A program made the position numbers and the translations under genes. From Patescibacteria group bacterium (GTDB lineage: Bacteria; Patescibacteriota; Patescibacteriia; JAHJFT01): a stretch of DNA of 64,000 nt. The stretch lies in the NCBI GenBank assembly GCA_028710985.1, contig JAQTTB010000002.1:6888-70887 (forward strand). The letters are read 5' to 3'. This document shows, piece by piece, positions 1-9,036 of the stretch. A model generated the notes under the pieces. That model was not told the origin of the DNA. It ran no database searches and was given only the letters and a program-made list of their open reading frames with translations. Each line of letters begins with the position of its first letter. The first letter of the stretch is position 1.

Positions 1-435
1 ATCGGCCACAACCCCGGGATTGATGCCGCGAAAATTAAACCAAAATTATTTACTGATAAATATTCCGCCTCCGGCGGAACCGAATATTTTTTAAGTTTTG
101 AAGACGCCCGGCGCCGCGTTGTCTTGGGATTTCTGCGCCTGCGCCTGCCTTCAAGCTCGAATCAGGCGGTTCTCTCGACCCTGCCCGAACTCGAGGGTGC
201 GGCCCTGATCCGCGAGCTTCATGTCTACGGCCAGCAGATTGAACTGGGCAAATCAGCCAAAACCGCGTCCCAGCACAAAGGTCTCGGCCGGATTCTCATG
301 AATCAGGCTGAATCAATCGCCAAAAAGAACGGTTTTTCCAAAATCGCGGTTATTGCCGGCATCGGCGTGCGTGAGTATTACAAATGCCTCGGATACGCGC
401 AAACCGGCTCATTTATGATTAAAAAACCGCGTTAA
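1..435 (+). CDS. C-terminal GNAT domain of an Elp3-like radical-SAM/acetyltransferase (5' partial; start lies upstream of the window)
   Basis: Frame 1 is open from nt 1 to the TAA at 433-435. The C-terminal pattern 'IRELHVYG...KIAVIAGIGVREYYKCLGY' resembles the Elp3 C-terminal acetyltransferase domain. Confidence 0.5.
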   Translation: MGHNPGIDAAKIKPKLFTDKYSASGGTEYFLSFEDARRRVVLGFLRLRLPSSSNQAVLSTLPELEGAALIRELHVYGQQIELGKSAKTASQHKGLGRILMNQAESIAKKNGFSKIAVIAGIGVREYYKCLGYAQTGSFMIKKPR

Positions 436-627
436 TCAACATCTTTTCCACAGTCAATCAACATCTTTACGCACTTTTAGGGGTTGACGCGATGTTTTAG
501 CCACTGTACACTGGCTAAGCTGGCTTCATTGCCAACAAATTGAAGAACCGACTAGTTAATAATTGGTAAACCCCCTCGGGTCACTGATTTTGACCAGCCG
601 GTTTTTTCTATATATAATAGTAGGACT

Positions 628-1857
628 ATGAAACACGACATTGATGACAATCAGGTGGATACAATAATTGAACACGAACTCCGGCGCCAGCAGGATGTTC
701 TGGAAATGATTCCGTCGGAAAACTATGTTTCTCCGGCCGTGCTCAATGCCCTTGGATCCGTCCTGACCAACAAGTACGCCGAAGGCTATCCCGGCAGACG
801 CTACTACGGCGGCTGCGAAAATATTGATGAGATTGAAACACTGGCAATTGAACGCGCAAAAAAATTGTTCAGCGCCAACTTTGTTAATGTTCAGCCCCAC
901 TCCGGCGCGCCGGCCAACATGGCGGTTTATTTCGGCCTGCTTGAACCCGGGGACATCATTCTGGGCATGGACTTATCGCACGGCGGCCACCTGACCCACG
1001 GCCATCCGGTGACATACACGTCAAAAATTTTCAACTTCATCAGATACAAGACCGCGAGCGACGGCCTGCTTGATTATGAAAACATTCATGAACTTGCCGT
1101 CAAACATCATCCAAAAATGATTCTTGTGGGCTACAGCGCGTATTCGCGGGACATTAATTTCCAAAAAATCCACGAGATCGCCGAGGAGATTGAAGCCTAC
1201 ACCATGGCCGACATTGCCCACATCGCCGGCATCATCGCGGCCGGAGAAATGGCCAATCCGGTTCCCCTCTTCGATGTTGTCACCACCACGACGCACAAGA
1301 CTCTCCGCGGTCCGCGCGGCGGCATGATTATGTCCAAGGACGCTGACGTGGCCAAACGCATTGATAAAGCCGTGTTCCCGGGCCTGCAGGGCGGTCCGCA
1401 CGAAAACAATATCGCCGCCAAAGCCGTGGCTTTTCACGAAGCCCTTCAGCCGGAATTTAAAACCTATATCAAGCAAGTGCTTGCCAATGCCAAAGTTCTT
1501 GAACAGGAATTCAAAAAAAGCGGCATCAAAATCTGCTTTGGCCAGACCGACAATCATCTGCTCCTCCTGGATGTCACACCGCTCGGCCTCACCGGCAAGC
1601 AGGCTGAAACCGCTTTGGACGCCGCCGGCATTACGGTCAACAAAAACATGATTCCCGATGATCCCCGCTCGCCCATGGATCCCTCTGGCATCCGGCTCGG
1701 AACGCCGGCCATCACCACCCGCGGCATGAAAGAGCCGGAAATGAAACAAATCGCCGAGTGGATTATCCAAGCTCTGAAAAACCATACAAACGAATCGGAG
1801 CTTGCCAAGATTAAATCTCAAGTCAAAAAATTAACTTCAAAATTCCCCATATATTAA
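628..1857 (+). CDS. glyA: serine hydroxymethyltransferase
   Basis: 409 aa with strong SHMT motifs (PSENYVSPAVLNALGSVLTNKYAEGYPGRRYYGGCE; TTHKTLRGPRGG). Confidence 0.95.
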   Translation: MKHDIDDNQVDTIIEHELRRQQDVLEMIPSENYVSPAVLNALGSVLTNKYAEGYPGRRYYGGCENIDEIETLAIERAKKLFSANFVNVQPHSGAPANMAVYFGLLEPGDIILGMDLSHGGHLTHGHPVTYTSKIFNFIRYKTASDGLLDYENIHELAVKHHPKMILVGYSAYSRDINFQKIHEIAEEIEAYTMADIAHIAGIIAAGEMANPVPLFDVVTTTTHKTLRGPRGGMIMSKDADVAKRIDKAVFPGLQGGPHENNIAAKAVAFHEALQPEFKTYIKQVLANAKVLEQEFKKSGIKICFGQTDNHLLLLDVTPLGLTGKQAETALDAAGITVNKNMIPDDPRSPMDPSGIRLGTPAITTRGMKEPEMKQIAEWIIQALKNHTNESELAKIKSQVKKLTSKFPIY

Positions 1858-1871
1858 AAAAATATCAATAA

Positions 1872-1908
1872 CAAAAACCGTCCCTACTTTATCCAGGGGC
1901 GGTTTTAT
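1872..1908. terminator. bidirectional rho-independent terminator between glyA and the convergent gene
   Basis: Hairpin AAAACCGTCCCT...AGGGGCGGTTTT flanked by A/T runs. Confidence 0.5.
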
Positions 1909-1915
1909 GATTATA

Positions 1916-2299
1916 TTAATTTAGCCGCGGAAAGGCGCTCATATCCAATATCTCCTTCTCTTCGTCACGCGAAATCACATCTTTATCTGCCAGATTAACA
2001 ACCAGGGCGGAATCCTTTGTATCCACTTTTTTAATAATCGGAATCCATTCAGCCCTAAAGTCAGCCAGCTTATCGTCAAGATAATCCTTGGTTACCATTA
2101 ATGCCTCTATTCGATTAAAGCGTTTATCAACTTGCTCAAACCTCTCGTCAATCTTATTAAATCGCTGTTCAATGCTCATGAATCGCTGGTCAACGCCATT
2201 GAATCTTTGATCAACTTTATTAAAGCGATCGTCAACACTATCGGCAAAAATATGCAGGGCATCCAATATTTCGTCAATTTTTGTCTCTAATTTATTCAT
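1916..2299 (-). CDS. hypothetical protein with tandem heptad repeats (DQRFNKV-like x6)
   Basis: 127-aa ORF with internal repeats DQRFNKV / DQRFNGV / DQRFMSI / EQRFNKI / DERFEQV / DKRFNRI. Confidence 0.45.
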   Translation of the reverse strand: MNKLETKIDEILDALHIFADSVDDRFNKVDQRFNGVDQRFMSIEQRFNKIDERFEQVDKRFNRIEALMVTKDYLDDKLADFRAEWIPIIKKVDTKDSALVVNLADKDVISRDEEKEILDMSAFPRLN

Positions 2300-2367
2300 A
2301 TATATCGTTTATTAATTATAACAACTACAGTGCGCTCAATCAACGATCTGTCAAGCCCGGACAAACG

Positions 2368-3180
2368 TTAAAGCGGGCTTCGGATATTTTTAAGCCCGGG
2401 ATTGGTCACGTGCGTGTATAATTGCGTAGTCCGGATATTCTGATGGCCAAGCAGGGCTTGCACATAGCGCACGTCAGTGCCATTTTCCAGCAAATGCGTG
2501 GCAAAACTGTGCCGAAGCGCGTGGAATCCGGCGGGCTTGTTAATCCCAGCGCGCTTCACGCAGTCAGAAAATACTCTTTGCGCCGTCCGGGTCGTAAGCC
2601 GGCCGCCGCGTTCGCTCAAAAACAGGTATTCATCCCCTGTTTTTCCGGCCGCTAAATTCAGCAGTTCGGCCTTAATTCGCTCCGGTATAACCGAAACCCG
2701 ATCCTTACCGCCTTTTGCCTCGCGAATATTCAGCATAAGCTCATCAAAATCCACATCGCGTACGCGCAGTCCGACAACCTCACTCACCCTCAACCCCGCG
2801 CCATACGCCAGGGCAATGAGAAGCCGGTGCTTAGCATTACGGCAGACATTCAGAATCCGCCCAATCTCATCGCGCGTCAGAACCACCGGCAATTTTTGCG
2901 ACCTCTTCACCGCCCTCACTTCAAGCAACCCGTGGCTTTTTACCACTTGCCGGTAAAAAAATTTAATCGCATTCAGCCATAAATTAATGGTTTGCGGCGA
3001 TAATCCCCTATCCCGCGCGTACAATATAAAATCCCGCACATTTTCCGAATCGGCAACCGCAAAATTATGCTTTTTGAATAAAAAATACTCCTTAATCGCC
3101 CGCCGATAACTATCAATTGTCTTGGGACTATAATTACGCACTTTAAGCTCTTTTTCCGTCTGTTCTAAATATTCTTGCAT
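2368..3180 (-). CDS. tyrosine recombinase, integron-integrase-like but with Xer-like architecture (no IntI-specific extra domain)
   Basis: 270 aa. Box I region (AYGAGLRVSEVVGLRVRDVDFD), KGGKDR, box II (HALRHSFATHLLENGTDVRYVQALLGH...LYTHV) and a C-terminal 'IRSPL' tail. The motif LPVVLTRDEIGRIL is reminiscent of IntI1. The gene is divergent from the adjacent attC-separated cassette array. Confidence 0.8.
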   Translation of the reverse strand: MQEYLEQTEKELKVRNYSPKTIDSYRRAIKEYFLFKKHNFAVADSENVRDFILYARDRGLSPQTINLWLNAIKFFYRQVVKSHGLLEVRAVKRSQKLPVVLTRDEIGRILNVCRNAKHRLLIALAYGAGLRVSEVVGLRVRDVDFDELMLNIREAKGGKDRVSVIPERIKAELLNLAAGKTGDEYLFLSERGGRLTTRTAQRVFSDCVKRAGINKPAGFHALRHSFATHLLENGTDVRYVQALLGHQNIRTTQLYTHVTNPGLKNIRSPL

Positions 3181-3301
3181 ATATCAATGAATTATTGCTA
3201 AAATACCCTTATGCCCTTATATTCATTATCCCCCAACCACCACCCAACACACAACTTTTGGGTGTTGTCATCTTTTTTCAACATATAAGAACGAGTTAGC
3301 T
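3181..3301. promoter_or_regulatory. attI-like region with first cassette junction (GTTAGCT at 3295-3301) and likely cassette promoter
   Basis: GTTAGCT is the reverse complement of the R'' (AGCTAAC) of the first attC. Small inverted repeat CAACAC..GTGTTG at 3244-3270. A TATAAAT -10-like box precedes 3474. Confidence 0.4.
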
Positions 3302-3473
3302 GAAATATTCCTTTTCTTTTTTGGGCTATCGCCCAATTGTTTTAAGAAATTTTCAAATTTCTTTTTCATTAATTATAGAGGGGAATATGGAGTTTTCTTC
3401 GCTCCGCTACGAAAACGATTTATTTATAAGGGGAAAACTAGTACAATACATTTGCATTACTTGAATATAAATT

Positions 3474-4532
3474 ATGATGTCTCAAACAACGCTGTTCGGC
3501 GAAAAGTACAAAATACACCAATTTCCAAGAACTCAATATTTGGGAAGCAAGGAGAAGCTTATCAAGTGGATTCTTGAAATTGCCCCAAAAGATATTGGAA
3601 CTGTTTTTGATGCTTTTAGTGGCACATCTGTTGTTGGTTATTATTTTAAAGATGGAGGCTATAAGGTTTATAGTAATGACTTTTTAAAATGTAACTCTTT
3701 AATTTCTAAAGCTTTAATTGAAAATCAAAATATCACTCTTGATAAAAATGATATAGATATTTTGTTAGACGAAACTACAAAAGCTGATAATCTAATCGAA
3801 AAGATTTTTACTGGAGTTTTTTTTGAAAAAGACCAAGCAAAATTTTTAGATATATTTAGAGCCAATGTTGAAAAACTAGACAACGAGTATAAAAAAGCAT
3901 TGGCTTTAGCTTTAATGAATAGATCTCTGACAAGAAAAATTACATTAGGTCATTTTGCTCACTTAAAAGCAATTGAATACAGTAAAAATCCAGATAGAAT
4001 TAAAAGAAATGCAAGTTTAGCAAAACACCTAAAAGATATTTTTCAAAGTCTTGTTCATTCATATAATCATGCAATTTTTGATAATAAAAAAAGGAACAAA
4101 GTTTTTTGCGAAGATACAATTTCTTTGCTTCCAAAACTTCAAGATGTCGATTTGGCTTATTTTGATCCACCTTATGTTGGCTGTCACCCAGACTACCAAG
4201 CATTTTATCATTTTTTAGAAACTTTTGTTCAGTACTGGAAAAATAAAGAATTTGTAAATGGCACAAAGTCATATTTTCCCAAAAAAGAAAGTGGATTTGT
4301 TCAAAAAACGGATATTGAAAAATCTTTTGAAAAACTTTTTGAAAACAGCAAACATATTCCTTATTGGTTAGTTTCTTACAATAGCAAGAGTTATCCAGAG
4401 AAAGAAAGAATGATCGAACTTATCAAAAAGCACAAAAAGGTAAAAGTGTACGAAAACGAATACTCAAATCATTATGGCGGGAAAGGAAGCCGTAAAGGAA
4501 CAGTTGAATATTTATTTTATTGCTATAACTAA
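3474..4532 (+). CDS. N6-adenine DNA methyltransferase, D12 class (Dam-like)
   Basis: N-terminal 'QYLGSKEKLIKWI' and the 'FDPPYVG' DPPY motif. Confidence 0.8.
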   Translation: MMSQTTLFGEKYKIHQFPRTQYLGSKEKLIKWILEIAPKDIGTVFDAFSGTSVVGYYFKDGGYKVYSNDFLKCNSLISKALIENQNITLDKNDIDILLDETTKADNLIEKIFTGVFFEKDQAKFLDIFRANVEKLDNEYKKALALALMNRSLTRKITLGHFAHLKAIEYSKNPDRIKRNASLAKHLKDIFQSLVHSYNHAIFDNKKRNKVFCEDTISLLPKLQDVDLAYFDPPYVGCHPDYQAFYHFLETFVQYWKNKEFVNGTKSYFPKKESGFVQKTDIEKSFEKLFENSKHIPYWLVSYNSKSYPEKERMIELIKKHKKVKVYENEYSNHYGGKGSRKGTVEYLFYCYN

Positions 4533-4538
4533 AACATT

Positions 4539-5630
4539 ATGAATCATAAAATCTACCAACAACTCAAAAAACTATACGACGCAAACGACTTTGAAAAATT
4601 ACTCAAAGATTCAAATAGTTTGCTTTTTCTGAAAATTCGTTCAATCACAAGAAAAGCCTTGCTTGTTGAATTTGCAGAAAAAATTGACATCGATCCCAAT
4701 CAGGGTACCAACGATTTAATTGAACAAATCGTAAATAACCCAAAAACTGAAAAAGCTATTGATAAATTTATCAATGACAAATTCCAAAATGAAAGAAAGG
4801 AAAGAAAAATCTATGAAGATAAACTCATTTCGGAATTATATAAACTGAAAATTTTCGATTGGGGTGGTCTGTATCAAAACAATCTTGAACGAACGATAGT
4901 TGATAACTACATCAAAAAAATTAAAAACTTTGATGTTTTAATGGACAAAATTGATAACGAAATACACGAAAGTTTAAAGGGATATGTTTTGTGTTCTTGG
5001 TTTAATCACTGGACTTCAATTTTGATCGAAGATATTTTTAAGGAACACAAGAGAGTGTTACCAACGATTGGGTTAATCAAAAAAGTTGATTTTTTTGTCG
5101 ATCAAATACCTTTCGACCTTAAAGTAACTTATTTTCCGGACGGATTCATGGCTTTAAAACGAAAAGAAAAAGGACTAAAACCGGAACTTACTGAACTCAA
5201 ACAAATCGCCAAAGCAAATAAAATCAAATTTGACTCAACACAAAAAAATAAATCTCTCCTTTCTGAACTGTTAATCAGACTATCCGAGAGTCATCTTGAA
5301 CCAGCTAAAAAAGCGATAACAGAATTTCACAAAACGAGATGGAAAATAATTGAAGAAGCAATGGAAAATAAAAAAGGGCTCATTAAATGGCTTTATGAGG
5401 AACAAGGCGAAAGGCGTTTTGATTCTGCTAATCGTTTATTTTTAGTATTGATAGAAAAAAATAATCTTGAGGAAAGCTGGAAACTCAAACGCAATATTGA
5501 TTTTCTAAAAGAAAGTGTCGGGTCTTATCTTGATAAGTTTAAAATCAACGATAATTTAGAGATCAATTTTGACTGGAAAGATGAAAAATACACATCTGTT
5601 TCAGATGCCTTGTTTATAGTGAAAGAATAA
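4539..5630 (+). CDS. hypothetical protein; candidate cognate restriction endonuclease of the adjacent Dam-like MTase
   Basis: 363-aa ORF lying 6 bp downstream of the MTase in the same cassette. Possible PD-(D/E)xK-like 'VDQIPFDLKV'. No firm motif recognised. Confidence 0.35.
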   Translation: MNHKIYQQLKKLYDANDFEKLLKDSNSLLFLKIRSITRKALLVEFAEKIDIDPNQGTNDLIEQIVNNPKTEKAIDKFINDKFQNERKERKIYEDKLISELYKLKIFDWGGLYQNNLERTIVDNYIKKIKNFDVLMDKIDNEIHESLKGYVLCSWFNHWTSILIEDIFKEHKRVLPTIGLIKKVDFFVDQIPFDLKVTYFPDGFMALKRKEKGLKPELTELKQIAKANKIKFDSTQKNKSLLSELLIRLSESHLEPAKKAITEFHKTRWKIIEEAMENKKGLIKWLYEEQGERRFDSANRLFLVLIEKNNLEESWKLKRNIDFLKESVGSYLDKFKINDNLEINFDWKDEKYTSVSDALFIVKE

Positions 5631-5635
5631 AGATT

Positions 5636-6451
5636 ATGGAAGAATTTATAACTAAATGGCAAACATTGATTGGCTCCGCACTTGGTCCTTTTCTTGCGGT
5701 TATTCTTTCAGCTATAGGTTTTTGGATAAAATCAATCATAGAAGGTAAGAAAGAGCGAAAAGAATTTTTGCGACGAATAGAAATTGGAATTACTCGAAGT
5801 CTTGATGATACATTCAAAACTCGAATAAAACTCCAATATTTTGTATCAAGATTGAGAACACTAATTACAGACATCAGAAAAATAACAGACATTAAACATT
5901 TTTCTCTTGAAACCATAAACTACCCAACCATACGCGATATTTATAAAGACGTCGATTTAGCAAATTTCAAGGTTAAAAGCTACTATCTACACAACATGCT
6001 TTTATGGGCTGACGCAGGAATCAAAGAAACAAATGAAACAGTAATCAGTCTAAAAAATGACTTTGCTGAATTGCAGAGAAAAAACGAACTACATATTATC
6101 TTAATGAGACAAAACCAAACACCAAATCCCGCCCAACAAAGAGCAGAATACGCCGACAATCTTGAATCATTTGCAAACGCCATAGATGAATTTATAACAA
6201 AATTCATGAAACAGGGCGTCGAGATATTGACTCAAATTAAAATTTATAACGAACATTTACGGAAAAAACATGGTTATTGGTTTTTATGGAAATGTGAAGG
6301 AACTAAATTTAAGTATTTTCGCAATAAAACCGAACAGAAAAATTTCTCAAGAAATCTTGACTCAATGGAAAGAATTGACAAAATTATCCAGAAAGAAGTT
6401 GGTGATGCTATCAAAGACGCAGAAGCCAGAGCCTCGAAACTACAACAATAA
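5636..6451 (+). CDS. hypothetical membrane-anchored coiled-coil protein
   Basis: 271-aa ORF with an N-terminal TM segment, in the same AT-rich cassette. Confidence 0.45.
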   Translation: MEEFITKWQTLIGSALGPFLAVILSAIGFWIKSIIEGKKERKEFLRRIEIGITRSLDDTFKTRIKLQYFVSRLRTLITDIRKITDIKHFSLETINYPTIRDIYKDVDLANFKVKSYYLHNMLLWADAGIKETNETVISLKNDFAELQRKNELHIILMRQNQTPNPAQQRAEYADNLESFANAIDEFITKFMKQGVEILTQIKIYNEHLRKKHGYWFLWKCEGTKFKYFRNKTEQKNFSRNLDSMERIDKIIQKEVGDAIKDAEARASKLQQ

Positions 6452-6524
6452 GATGTTTTCGGTCGGGGCAATTCACCCCTTTAATTCCCCTCTTGCCACT
6501 CCCTCAAACGAAAAAGAAATATTG

Positions 6525-6577
6525 TGTTTTGGATTTTGGGCATTCACCCCTAACCCCTCTGCCCAAAATCCAAAACG
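6525..6577 (+). other. 17-bp-stem hairpin in the cassette-1 3' region
   Basis: TGTTTTGGATTTTGGGCA / TGCCCAAAATCCAAAACG with a 17-nt loop. ATTCACCCCT is repeated at 6469 and 6542. Confidence 0.5.
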
Positions 6578-6645
6578 GAAAAAGAAATTTGAAAATTTTT
6601 TAAAACAAGTTTTCTTATCAGAAAACAAAAGAAAAGGAATACATC

Positions 6646-6743
6646 AGCTAACAGCGTATATCTGGTTCGCGCTTGCCTAACGGCAAATGCTCACCCATAT
6701 TGCTCCCTGCGGTCGCAACATCAGATATACGCGAACGTTGTGC
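6646..6743 (+). repeat. attC-like site 1 (R'' AGCTAAC, L'' GCGTATATCTG, L' CAGATATACGC, R' GTTGTGC)
   Basis: Perfect 11-bp L''/L' inverted repeat. R'' is complementary to the cassette start at 3295. Confidence 0.6.
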
Positions 6744-6796
6744 GGCATTGGCTTTCCATTTTTACTTCTTGAACATTCAATTATTTGGGCAGTTTT

Positions 6797-6838
6797 TTGA
6801 AAAATAAAATGACCCGTCAGCAGTTTGCCAAACGGGTC
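6797..6838 (-). terminator. rho-independent terminator of the reversed cassette gene
   Basis: Minus-strand hairpin GACCCGTTTGGCAAACTGCTGACGGGTC followed by ATTTTATTTTTC. Confidence 0.55.
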
Positions 6839-6882
6839 GTACAGATGAGGGGCGGCGGGGCGCGTTATTGCTCAGCAAGACT

Positions 6883-7164
6883 TCATCCTTCCAGTCTCGA
6901 AGTCACCTCCCTGAAGTGTTTACCGAGTTCCGGAAATGCAGAACCGCCGCGGATCTCATGAACTCGTCTGCAGATGGTCTTACGTTGCCGTTCTGGAAAA
7001 ACAGATTCCTTGAGAACTTCCAGCAACGTAATAGCCTTCTGTCTCCGCGCGTTGTCTTCTGCGTCCATGGTAGCGTCGCGATATCCGGAAGGATTGTACC
7101 TTGGCTTCACGGCTTCCTCAATCTTGTCGAGGAGTACTTGTGCCACTGATCTTTTTTCGCTCAT
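6883..7164 (-). CDS. hypothetical 93-aa protein (GC-rich gene in reverse orientation inside the cassette array)
   Basis: AAGGAGGTG Shine-Dalgarno 7 nt upstream of the ATG and its own terminator downstream. Chosen over the overlapping plus-strand ORF 6868..7149. Confidence 0.55.
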   Translation of the reverse strand: MSEKRSVAQVLLDKIEEAVKPRYNPSGYRDATMDAEDNARRQKAITLLEVLKESVFPERQRKTICRRVHEIRGGSAFPELGKHFREVTSRLEG

Positions 7165-7275
7165 GTCGCACCTCCTTTTATTACGCTAGCGACTCTTTCT
7201 TTTACCACAACCGCGCCCCGCCTGTCAAGAGATGGCAACTGCCCAAATAATTGAATAAAATGGAAAGTCAACATC

Positions 7276-7423
7276 GTATAACAAAGTATATTTGGCTCTG
7301 CTCCTCTCCCGCCGTTGGCGGGTTCGTCGCTCCGCCCAAATTGGCTTCCGTTCCGGCGGTGTGCTTTCGCACAATTAAACCGCCTCCACTCCAGCCAACT
7401 TCATATATACTTAAACGTTAAAT
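7276..7423 (+). repeat. attC-like site 2 (R'' GTATAAC, R' GTTAAAT)
   Basis: Imperfect palindrome TATAACAAAGTATAT...ATATATACTTAAACGTTAAAT. Centre contains TCGCTCCGCCCAAATTGG and a GTGTGCTTTCGCACA hairpin. Confidence 0.5.
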
Positions 7424-7506
7424 CCAATAGCGATTGTAATTGATAATCCCATCCCAAAGGCAGTGCTTAACGATAACTTAATAAATGTCTAAAATTTTAT
7501 AAAATT

Positions 7507-8343
7507 ATGAAGATAAAAATTTTAGGTTCGGGTGCATGGGAAGGAATTCCAGTTCCATTCTGTAAATGTAAAATTTGCGAATCAGCAAAGAAACCTAATT
7601 CAAAAGATAACAGAACAAGACCGCAAATTTCAATTGAATCGGATGAAGGGCAATTTTTGATAGAAATAAGTCCTGACATTCGCATTCAATCCACAAAATT
7701 TAATTTACCAAATATTAGCAATTTCCTAATAAGTCACTGGCATTTTGACCACATGTATGGCTTATTAGAACTTCATGCATGGATAGAATTTGTTTTAGGA
7801 CAAAAATCAAAATTATTTTGCTCTCAAAAGACAAAAGAATGGCTCGACCAGAGTTTTGGACATATACCAAAAGAAATAATTGTAGTCAAGCCATTTGAAA
7901 AATTTGATTTATTTGGCACAAAAATTACTCCGATACCTCTTTATCACATGAGTGGGCGAGATAATAATACAAAAGAAAACGAATTAGATAATGCGTATGG
8001 TTTTCTTTTAGAAAAAAATGGTAAAAAGGCAATTTATCTCGCCGATTACTATAAATTGCCAAATAAATCTTTAGAACTTGTAAAAGATTCCGATATTATT
8101 ATTGCTGATGGAACTTATCTTTTTGAAGAATCTTTTCCAGACAAACCAGAGCAAAATAATTTAAAAACTGACCCAGACCATTTGCATGGAAAACAAATTC
8201 TTGATTTTGTTAGCGGATTGAATGCTAAGAAAGTGATTTTTCATAGTATTTCACATTTAACAGAAAAATCACATGAGGAACTTCAAAAATTGCTCCCAAA
8301 AAATATGTTTATTTCTTATGATGGAATGGAACTGGAATTATAA
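7507..8343 (+). CDS. MBL-fold metallo-hydrolase
   Basis: HWHFDH motif; 278 aa; single-gene cassette. Confidence 0.7.
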   Translation: MKIKILGSGAWEGIPVPFCKCKICESAKKPNSKDNRTRPQISIESDEGQFLIEISPDIRIQSTKFNLPNISNFLISHWHFDHMYGLLELHAWIEFVLGQKSKLFCSQKTKEWLDQSFGHIPKEIIVVKPFEKFDLFGTKITPIPLYHMSGRDNNTKENELDNAYGFLLEKNGKKAIYLADYYKLPNKSLELVKDSDIIIADGTYLFEESFPDKPEQNNLKTDPDHLHGKQILDFVSGLNAKKVIFHSISHLTEKSHEELQKLLPKNMFISYDGMELEL

Positions 8344-8443
8344 ACGCACTGCCTTTTCCCACCCTTAAAATAGCAATCGCTACTCCTTCGCTCCATTTCA
8401 TTCCGCTCGGGCACGTTGCACTCTCCTCACTTCGTTCGTCGGC

Positions 8444-8538
8444 GGATTTAACAGGGCTTAAAGGGTTCGCTCGTTACACTTCGCTCTCCCAAATTTTTTG
8501 TGTGCGACAAAAAACTTCCCTTAAGCCCGATGTTATGT
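8444..8538 (+). repeat. attC-like site 3 (R'' GGATTTAAC, L'' AGGGCTTAAAGGG, L' CCCTTAAGCCC, R' GTTATGT)
   Basis: R'' is the exact reverse complement of the 9-mer GTTAAATCC that starts this cassette. L'' carries one extra A relative to L', as for an extrahelical base. Confidence 0.7.
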
Positions 8539-8564
8539 GAAATTTTTGTCCTATTTTTATCTAT

Positions 8565-8954
8565 ATGAACATAAAAAAAACTATTTTTAAAACCATTCTT
8601 ATAAATATTCTACTAGTTACAATTACAGCTATTATCTTAAGTTCGGTGTATTTACTTTCAGCACAAAAGACCGATCCAAAAAATTACTTACATATGGAAT
8701 ATTTAGATGACGAATTGCAGAATGGTCATTACATATGTCCGCATTTATGGGACAGATACTCCTATGCATGTGGCACAGGGGACTTAATTTATACTTTTGT
8801 TGTAGGTACTGTTGGTATAATTTTCCTTGCGTACATTCCACTTGGTCCAACTGCAGAATATGCGATTTTGAATTATGCAATTCTTTTGATAATTTTTATC
8901 ACTGTTTATATTGTGTCCAAAAATAGTACAAAAACATCACATAACAGCGTATAG
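8565..8954 (+). CDS. hypothetical small membrane protein (cassette-encoded)
   Basis: 129 aa with 2-3 predicted TM segments. The stop codon lies inside the attC R''/L'' region. Confidence 0.5.
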   Translation: MNIKKTIFKTILINILLVTITAIILSSVYLLSAQKTDPKNYLHMEYLDDELQNGHYICPHLWDRYSYACGTGDLIYTFVVGTVGIIFLAYIPLGPTAEYAILNYAILLIIFITVYIVSKNSTKTSHNSV

Positions 8955-9015
8955 CAGACTACGCTTCGCTCCGTCCAAATTGCTATGCAACTTCTGCTAT
9001 ACGTAAACGTTAGGC
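8938..9015 (+). repeat. attC-like site 4 (R'' CACATAAC, L'' AGCGTATAGCAG, L' CTGCTATACGT, R' GTTAGGC)
   Basis: R'' is the exact reverse complement of GTTATGTG at 8532. Centre contains TCGCTCCGTCCAAATTGC. Confidence 0.7.
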
Positions 9016-9036
9016 GAAATAACAAAAATTACCAAT

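Larger units (their letters stand above)
6776..7255. repeat. 19-bp perfect inverted repeats (TTCAATTATTTGGGCAGTT, 6776-6794 / 7237-7255) plus nested 11-bp IR (6854-6864 / 7212-7222) bracketing a reversed gene
   Basis: Both repeat pairs were verified base by base. Confidence 0.7.

Noticed and set aside
1021-1821. Long antisense and alternative-frame ORFs inside glyA (1021..1821 minus, 1124..1327, 1197..1421, 1361..1651, 1554..1808), and similar ORFs inside dnaB, uvrA, uvrB, typA and Clp
   Set aside because: They lie entirely within confidently identified genes and have low-complexity Arg/Ser/Pro-rich translations typical of off-frame GC-rich DNA.
6868-7149. Plus-strand ORF 6868..7149 overlapping the minus-strand gene 6883..7164
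   Set aside because: The minus-strand ORF has a perfect AAGGAGGTG Shine-Dalgarno and a downstream rho-independent terminator. The plus-strand ORF has neither.
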